This document shows positions 39,101 to 44,081 of a stretch of 44,081 bases of DNA, piece after piece. The stretch comes from Pseudobacteriovorax sp. (GTDB lineage: Bacteria > Bdellovibrionota_B > Oligoflexia > Oligoflexales > Oligoflexaceae): positions 1 to 44,081 of the forward strand of contig JABSRP010000053.1 in NCBI GenBank assembly GCA_013215145.1, in the 5' to 3' direction. Position 1 is the first letter of the stretch. Every line of letters begins with the position of its first letter. Below the pieces are notes generated by a model, which worked only from the letters and a program-made list of their open reading frames with translations, was not told the DNA's origin and searched no databases. A program made the position numbers and the translations under genes.

Positions 39101-41078
39101 CCCTGTACAGAGATTTCATCCTGTAACACGAGCGCTAGGATTTTTATTCTCTAAATATGAGGAAAATGACAGTTTAAGCGTCATTCTTAAAAAAATCCAG
39201 TCTTGGTCTAAAATACAAAAACAAAATCTCGCTCGTAATCCAAAAAACGACTATATTGAAGAACTTCGTTGCGAAATCAAAAACTTTCTTTCGGCATCTA
39301 ATTTGGATGATTATGTAGGCTATGATCATAAAGTAGCTCACTACCTAGCACATCAATTTTTGCTACAGGAAGATCACCGGGACCACTATTTTGCTAAAGA
39401 GTCCTACGAATTATATAATGAGTTTACCGAGTGGATCAAGCAAGGTGATCTGAAGGATAAAATCCTTTCACTGGTGGATGGGGTTGATCACTTAGGTGAT
39501 AAAATTGCGATATTATTTGATTGGTTGCAACAATTTCAAAAGACATTTAACAGTGGAAAAGACGACTTTGTACTGGAATCAGTGATTATAGCTTTGGAAT
39601 TACAATTTACGGCAGCAGATAATCAAAATTTCCAGATGAAAAGGCTAGTCAACAGTAGCATATTTAGTGTAGATGGACTCATTGGAACTCACGAAAACCT
39701 TGATCAAGGAAAACTTAATACTTATGTATTTGAATTATTTTCTCAGGTGGAAACCTATTTAGAAGATGGAAGAGACGCGTTTCTAAACTTCCAGATCGAA
39801 AAGCAAAATTTAATCAAACAATATCGGCAATCGTTTAAACTTGATCAGCTGCAACCGAAAATTCTTGGATCGTTTGTTCGCAATCAGTTAATTCAGGAAT
39901 CATACCTGCCAAAAATTGGTGAAAACTTTGCAAAACAAATCGGAAGCTATGGAAATGATAAGCGTGTTGATCTGATGGGTCTGCTCCTTTTGATCTCACC
40001 CCCAGGCTACGGGAAGACCACATTAATGGAATATGTGGCTCAGAGGCTGGGTCTGATATTTTTAAAAATTAACGGCCCAGCGATTGGTCACAGTGTAACA
40101 TCTTTGGACCCACAGGAGGCACCAAATGCGACGGCTCGGCTAGAAATTGAGCGTCTTAACTTTGGTTTCGAACTTGGGAATAATGTTATGATTTATATCG
40201 ATGATATCCAACACTGCCACTCTGAGTTTCTTCAAAAATTTATTTCATTATGTGATGGCCAGAGGAAAATCGAGGGAGTTTGGCAAGGTAGTCCGAAGAC
40301 CTATGACTTTCGAGGTAAGCGTATTGCAGTGGTCATGGCAGGAAACCCATATACCGAGACGGGTGAGGTCTTTCGTATCCCAGATATGTTATCAAACCGA
40401 GCCGATATATATAATTTAGGTGATATGCTAAGTGGTTCGGAGGATGCGTTTCTACGATCTTATATAGAAAACTGCCTTACCTCCCACCCTGTACTTGCGA
40501 AATTGACAAATATTGACCAAACAGAGACTCAAAAGCTCATCGAACTGACGGAAGAAAATCATGAGGACTTAGGGACTCTTGTAAAACGTTCCGTGTCTGA
40601 AGGTCATCAAGACTTAGCCAATATGCTAGTGAAGTGCGTATTCGTACGAAATATTGTTCAGACTGTTAATCAAAGCTACATAGCCTCGGCAGCACAGGAT
40701 GACTCATTTCGGACCGAGCCAGGATTTCTGTTGCAAGGTAGTTATCGGGATATGAATAAAATCATGGGAGGGATTCAACCTGCTATGAATGAGTCGGAAC
40801 TTTTGGATCGTGTGATCGATCATTATCGTTTTGAGTCGCAGTTGCTTACCAGTTCTGCAGAGTTCAATTTTTTACGATTCCTTGAACTCATCGATCGCTT
40901 GGACGATCGAGAGAAAGTCAGAATCGAAGAGATACGTGGCGAGTTTAGAAAAACTCAACGTCTATCTTCTGCAGGCAAAGATGGAATAGGGAATATTATA
41001 GGCCAATTGGATCAATTTAACGTAAAATTTGATGAACTAGTTAACGTCTATCGCAGTCGGATAAAACAACATGACTGA
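36141..41078 (+). CDS. Giant 1645-aa protein with a C-terminal MoxR/AAA_5-type AAA+ ATPase module. The N-terminal ~1270 residues have no recognisable domains
   Basis: Walker A is LLLISPPGYGKTTLMEY (aa ~1285). Walker B is VMIYIDDIQH. Sensor-1 is VVMAGNPY. The central region is long and helical, coiled-coil-like. GTG start 8 nt after the flotillin stop. Confidence 0.7.
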   Translation: MTISNTLTATGGNFDIIRKRLITQSKALETILTDLNLRRKDTFGTIENKILSSDRVNTPIPCVARDMVAQGDTLLMAFEVHFGLKSSVNVSDIFRTYQYIDDRFQEVEATLIDDEQFYRDLSDLTKFYKDCRFARFLKKKTFLYMIFHVGRGRDKKVFKWAINPDDKLTYVDNRSDFEVADPPQYSFDWERITRDDHVYIGEPHINVSDRLFVDCLGGSLTIRIEDNTEIGHTILQESVDETDQTLDDAVIEYAVLDHIIILKILPYREQDARYFIYNDKNETIKKVEDLKNCGIALPENDGLMFPNGYYLRNGTFRSFSLERSDMKFQQCLESLNGEDLLYAFHDHEMGEYILIQYNRIEKTVGQPITCHGYAIFGNGKMVVFGASQEPMKSHSIQTWSTSFIEDASVFEASDESSMARIGNKTLVDGFSDLWEITNLAKKEENTLAEYNELLRFIRESQDRHYWFSEEEFSQIKQKLADLLSTATSAVDEFEKVISAKKKSHKDFQEAEINVQNLIDAIKIEGFETIDPFIEKITDLRLQLGEVLSLAENQFANAEGLEVLEGRLKAELDQLTSSCSRFLMSQKAVQPFHDRLEQILLSMESVERSKDLENVDAEIAKYTLHLNTLTDLINDLATSDPKDSVQIIEQLSQLIAGSNQVKAKFKSIRTNLLHEELGTEYQAQMTLLSQSVSSYLEQVESLEDCDNFLDRVLGNLESLEVKFSEFPDYLNDLAEKRDEYFSVFQSKRVQIQEASNKKIMAMMDSGARLLKSIKKRSIHLETCQQISTFFVTDSMVTRLQTVADEMAKLGETVKAEDLRGQLKKIRQDALRQLKDKQDLFQLGENIITLGQHSFQVSDLSVDLSIIERSDGPNIHISSTDFFQAIPEGSLNSSKTLSQQTVVSETKKVYRSVYLAYYYVQSLYAGERPLNLSQLLSNSSSLDGVEDEALEKDILSFMQSRLDEGYEKGVHDRDGYRIIGRILPILAHDPVQRFHPVTRALGFLFSKYEENDSLSVILKKIQSWSKIQKQNLARNPKNDYIEELRCEIKNFLSASNLDDYVGYDHKVAHYLAHQFLLQEDHRDHYFAKESYELYNEFTEWIKQGDLKDKILSLVDGVDHLGDKIAILFDWLQQFQKTFNSGKDDFVLESVIIALELQFTAADNQNFQMKRLVNSSIFSVDGLIGTHENLDQGKLNTYVFELFSQVETYLEDGRDAFLNFQIEKQNLIKQYRQSFKLDQLQPKILGSFVRNQLIQESYLPKIGENFAKQIGSYGNDKRVDLMGLLLLISPPGYGKTTLMEYVAQRLGLIFLKINGPAIGHSVTSLDPQEAPNATARLEIERLNFGFELGNNVMIYIDDIQHCHSEFLQKFISLCDGQRKIEGVWQGSPKTYDFRGKRIAVVMAGNPYTETGEVFRIPDMLSNRADIYNLGDMLSGSEDAFLRSYIENCLTSHPVLAKLTNIDQTETQKLIELTEENHEDLGTLVKRSVSEGHQDLANMLVKCVFVRNIVQTVNQSYIASAAQDDSFRTEPGFLLQGSYRDMNKIMGGIQPAMNESELLDRVIDHYRFESQLLTSSAEFNFLRFLELIDRLDDREKVRIEEIRGEFRKTQRLSSAGKDGIGNIIGQLDQFNVKFDELVNVYRSRIKQHD

Positions 41079-41826
41079 ACATAACGAGCCCTTCTCCGTC
41101 GTCGAGACACTGAAAATTCTGCTATTACGCAAAGAATTTATTGTTTCAACGGCTCTTTTGGGTTTTTGTCTCAGCTCTGTTCTAGTATTCGGAGAATCGG
41201 CTTTTTTGAGCTTTGCCTTAGTCTCTGTTTTTTTATCTACTGCAATGATTGCAATTTTGAATCTGAAATTTCGTAGAGATATTCTTCTAGGTCGTGCCAT
41301 TGTAGATAAAAGTAGGCTGGCCATAGAGCAGGAAAAAGAGTCATCAATCTACAATAAGATCATCGATGAATTGGAAACTTTTGAGTTGACGGCAAAGATG
41401 ATACGAAAGTCTGTCAAGATAGAGTCTCAGGCACGATCTCAACGTTCCCATTTGCTTAGCTGTTTGGAGAAGAACTTAGTTAAGGGTGAATTAACCTACT
41501 ATCGGTACCTTTCAGCTGCAGATGATGTTTTTGATCACATCACTCATAACCAAGAACAGCTCAAACGATACTATGAGCAGCTGGCAGACCTAGTTCGAGA
41601 TAAAAGTACCGACTTAGGTACGCAACTAGTTCAGCCTATATTCCATGAGATTTCCTTACTTCACAGTAGTTGTGATGAGAGTATCTTAGCTTTATCTCAT
41701 CTCATTGTTTCGCTGGAAAAGATGAATACAGGAAAGGATGAGTATGAAGTTTCGCTGAAGTTGGAAAGGCTCCGAGAGCTTGCAAACCAAGCACAACGAT
41801 ATGATAAAAAAGATCAGAGTTTCTAA
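41071..41826 (+). CDS. Membrane protein of 251 aa with two N-terminal TM helices and a C-terminal coiled-coil. It is translationally coupled to the giant ATPase gene
   Basis: The ATG at 41071 overlaps the upstream stop by 8 nt. Two hydrophobic helices span about aa 25-75. The remainder is helical with heptad-like repeats. Confidence 0.6.
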   Translation: MTEHNEPFSVVETLKILLLRKEFIVSTALLGFCLSSVLVFGESAFLSFALVSVFLSTAMIAILNLKFRRDILLGRAIVDKSRLAIEQEKESSIYNKIIDELETFELTAKMIRKSVKIESQARSQRSHLLSCLEKNLVKGELTYYRYLSAADDVFDHITHNQEQLKRYYEQLADLVRDKSTDLGTQLVQPIFHEISLLHSSCDESILALSHLIVSLEKMNTGKDEYEVSLKLERLRELANQAQRYDKKDQSF

Positions 41827-41987
41827 AGGCGTTTAATATCTCTGAACAGATTGGAAAAATGAAAGCAAATATATCGGTCGCTATGCTAAAGGTATCCTAA
41901 TAATTTTCCATTAACTATCTAATAAGTAGCTTTGACAGATTTGGTTTTTAGTCTTAGGCTGTTTTCTCTATATCGAGAGGAGAAAAA

Positions 41988-42437
41988 ATGGCTAAATATA
42001 TCGTAATATTGCTTCTTTTACTTACATTTGAGGTTTCAGCTTCTGAGACTAATCATTTTTGCGGAAAGCTGATTTATGTGGCAACTGCTAGTGACTCCAG
42101 GTCCGACTGGGTCAGCTCTTTGACTCTCGTAAACGATCGGATAGTCGATAATGTTGATACCGAAGAGAATGAGACTTTTTTAAAGGTGACCGACGACCTT
42201 GCCATTCAATCCTTAGAGAATCGACTAGATCTCGATTTCTATTCCTATGGATTTACATCACAGCTATTTTCCGAAAATCCTAAGTCTATCGCAGCCGAAA
42301 ACCTTTTTTTCTGTTTAGATGGTTTCGAGAAGCGAGCGTGGCGAGGTTCTTGGACCGGGTCGTCAATAGAAAAAATTAGAATATGGCGCGATTTTATATT
42401 TGTGGATGAACTTAACTTGATAGATGAATCAAGGTAA
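41988..42437 (+). CDS. Secreted hypothetical protein (149 aa)
   Basis: Signal peptide MAKYIVILLLLLTFEVSASE. GAGAGGAGA RBS. Confidence 0.55.
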   Translation: MAKYIVILLLLLTFEVSASETNHFCGKLIYVATASDSRSDWVSSLTLVNDRIVDNVDTEENETFLKVTDDLAIQSLENRLDLDFYSYGFTSQLFSENPKSIAAENLFFCLDGFEKRAWRGSWTGSSIEKIRIWRDFIFVDELNLIDESR

Positions 42438-42483
42438 GTTCATCGATCGCTTAGCTAGTTTTGTGAGCTAAAAATTCTTGACT

Positions 42484-42843
42484 TTATAGGTCTTTTTCTT
42501 CGCCAGCGCACAATACTTCGCTTTCAGCCTTTCGATAGTAACTGTATATGACGGTGGTTTCTGGTCCGCCATTCACAGAAACTTCTGTTGGCTGCTCGCA
42601 AACTTTATCGTATTTTGATTCATCGCAGGAACTAGCTTGAAATGTACCACCTAACAGTTGGCACTCTTGTGAAAAAGTCGCTGATGATGGGCTTATTTGA
42701 TAACAGCTTTCAAGGTCACTATTGAATTCTACGGTTAAGCAGCTTCCACCAGCTGCAGCCTGGCTGCTATTGTCACTTTTATCTTCTTTTTCTGAACACG
42801 CTGACGCTACAAGCAATAAGCTTGCTACTAAGATTCGCTTCAT
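42484..42843 (-). CDS. Small cysteine-rich secreted protein or lipoprotein (119 aa, 8 Cys)
   Basis: Signal peptide MKRILVASLLLVASAC. 8 Cys in about 100 mature residues. Confidence 0.55.
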   Translation of the reverse strand: MKRILVASLLLVASACSEKEDKSDNSSQAAAGGSCLTVEFNSDLESCYQISPSSATFSQECQLLGGTFQASSCDESKYDKVCEQPTEVSVNGGPETTVIYSYYRKAESEVLCAGEEKDL

Positions 42844-43171
42844 GATTCCCTCTAATTTGTAACGTGCGGTCGCTTATCGGTAAAAAAGATATCTGGCTTG
42901 ATGAAGAATCAAATTAGCCTTTGATTATCGTTAGTAATGAACGCCAATTTTTTTTGATCGTCTCTACCTCGTGACCTCTGTCTGCGGGATCATGATTTAA
43001 AGCCGATTCACCGGAAAATAGTCATCTTAATTAGAAGTTTATCGAATTTTGAGCGCCAATCCTGTGGGGCACAGAAATTGCTGTCCTTAGACCAAGTATT
43101 TTAGTTTCGACAGGACGTTGATCCTAATTCTTTGACAGAATTATCATTATAAACCACTAGTTGAGGTCAAA

Positions 43172-44059
43172 ATGCCCCGTAAAATCAAGATTCATCAGGT
43201 GCCATTTGGTATGCCAATATCCATATATAAGCGATCATTTTCTATGCTTCTGTCAAATTTTTTGGTACTTGGATTGACTGGCTTCGGTCTTATGATTTTC
43301 TTAACCGGACTCTCCCTCCTAGGTCCCTTGGCCTTGATCGGAATGATGATTGCTCCGTTTTTATATCTAGGGTTTCTTAAGTTATGTCGTGCGATTGAAG
43401 ATGGATCGGATCTAAGTTCAGATACGTTTTTCTCAGTATTTAGCCAATGGAAGCCGATTTTAGGTATTTCCTTGATTCAGTTCGTGCTCTATTTAGTCGT
43501 TGGTGCGATCTTTATAGCCATATTTTTTACAGGAGCAATGGGAGACATTTTTCCGCTAAATATGTTTACCGAGATGATGTCAAACCCAGATGTCTTGACA
43601 GGAAAGGTAGATGAAGCGGAGATGCAATCACTGGTAGAAAAACACTTAGAGCAGATGCCTGAACCGGATGTTGATGCTATAATTGGTTCTGTAATCAAGT
43701 CTATGGCGTTTTTACTTCCTGTTTCGATCATCCAGTGTTTGCTAATTCTAGGGACTCTGTTTTTAGGTGGTCAGCTGATTACTCAAGATGAATCGAGCTT
43801 TTCGGAAGGGATGAAAGCTGGTCTAATGGGTATTATCAAAAATATTCCATTTTTGATTTCGTTAGTGTTCTTTAGTTTTGTTTTTTCACTTTTAGCCTTT
43901 ATCATTACTCTTCCCATCACGATTTTCACCTTTGGGATTGGTACTTTGTTGGTTATGCCGATCTATATGACCATTATAGGCTGTGTCATATACTTTACTT
44001 ACAAAGTGTATTGCCAACCCGGAAACCCAACTTCCCGCCAATCTCTTGACATAGATTAA
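43172..44059 (+). CDS. Polytopic inner-membrane protein of unknown function (295 aa)
   Basis: 6 or more hydrophobic helices. RBS GAGGT. No domain recognised. Confidence 0.55.
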   Translation: MPRKIKIHQVPFGMPISIYKRSFSMLLSNFLVLGLTGFGLMIFLTGLSLLGPLALIGMMIAPFLYLGFLKLCRAIEDGSDLSSDTFFSVFSQWKPILGISLIQFVLYLVVGAIFIAIFFTGAMGDIFPLNMFTEMMSNPDVLTGKVDEAEMQSLVEKHLEQMPEPDVDAIIGSVIKSMAFLLPVSIIQCLLILGTLFLGGQLITQDESSFSEGMKAGLMGIIKNIPFLISLVFFSFVFSLLAFIITLPITIFTFGIGTLLVMPIYMTIIGCVIYFTYKVYCQPGNPTSRQSLDID

Positions 44060-44081
44060 GCCATCTTTGCAAGCTCAATTT

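Noticed and set aside
36141-41078. The giant ATPase as a BREX BrxC/PglY-type or dynamin-like protein
   Set aside because: The P-loop is at about residue 1285 rather than N-terminal. No PglX methyltransferase, BrxL or PglZ neighbours are present. No GTPase G1-G4 motifs are present. Operon partners are NfeD and flotillin rather than defence-island genes.
1-44081. Mobile-element or genomic-island boundaries (tRNA, integrase, transposase, IS inverted repeats)
   Set aside because: No tRNA-like sequence was found, and no integrase or transposase ORF. No long terminal inverted repeats were seen. The flotillin-ATPase operon therefore cannot be flagged as part of an obvious mobile island from this window alone.

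Overview
This 44 kb window is a low-GC (about 40%) bacterial chromosomal segment with the feel of a Gram-negative envelope- and secretion-rich organism. There are many lipobox and signal-peptide proteins, several of them strongly acidic. That is compatible with a Bdellovibrio-and-like organism, but I cannot prove it. I support about 34 protein-coding genes and found no rRNA, tRNA, CRISPR array, transposase or integrase. Most of what I can assign is ordinary metabolism and signalling: a DUF1330 protein, an iron-containing alcohol dehydrogenase, a GNAT acetyltransferase, an alpha/beta hydrolase, the Nudix enzyme NudC, a GlpD-like oxidoreductase next to a DegT-family aminotransferase, an XRE regulator, a sugar-binding ABC protein, a GH13 alpha-amylase and a right-handed beta-helix protein.

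Five things stand out.

1. A tightly coupled four-gene operon at 33514-41826 is the best candidate for an undescribed system. It encodes a YqiJ/NfeD-like membrane protein, a 664-aa flotillin (SPFH) protein, a 1645-aa protein whose only recognisable module is a C-terminal MoxR/AAA_5-type AAA+ ATPase, and a two-TM coiled-coil protein.

2. A 1185-aa soluble chemoreceptor-like protein is built from at least 9 PAS domains. At the DNA level it contains about 1.35 kb of perfectly identical 366-bp tandem repeats. Its MCP signalling domain stops shortly after the hairpin tip.

3. A 7TMR-DISM receptor is fused to a CheA-type HPt plus P4 ATPase, with no dimerisation/P5 domain and no receiver. It sits beside the amylase and the sugar-binding protein.

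4. An operon encodes a DUF4097 (toast-rack) protein, a BlaI-family repressor and a sensor-less M56 BlaR1-type protease. A perfect 18-bp inverted repeat lies just upstream.

5. The first 928 bp are essentially non-coding and contain a 22-bp tandem direct repeat.
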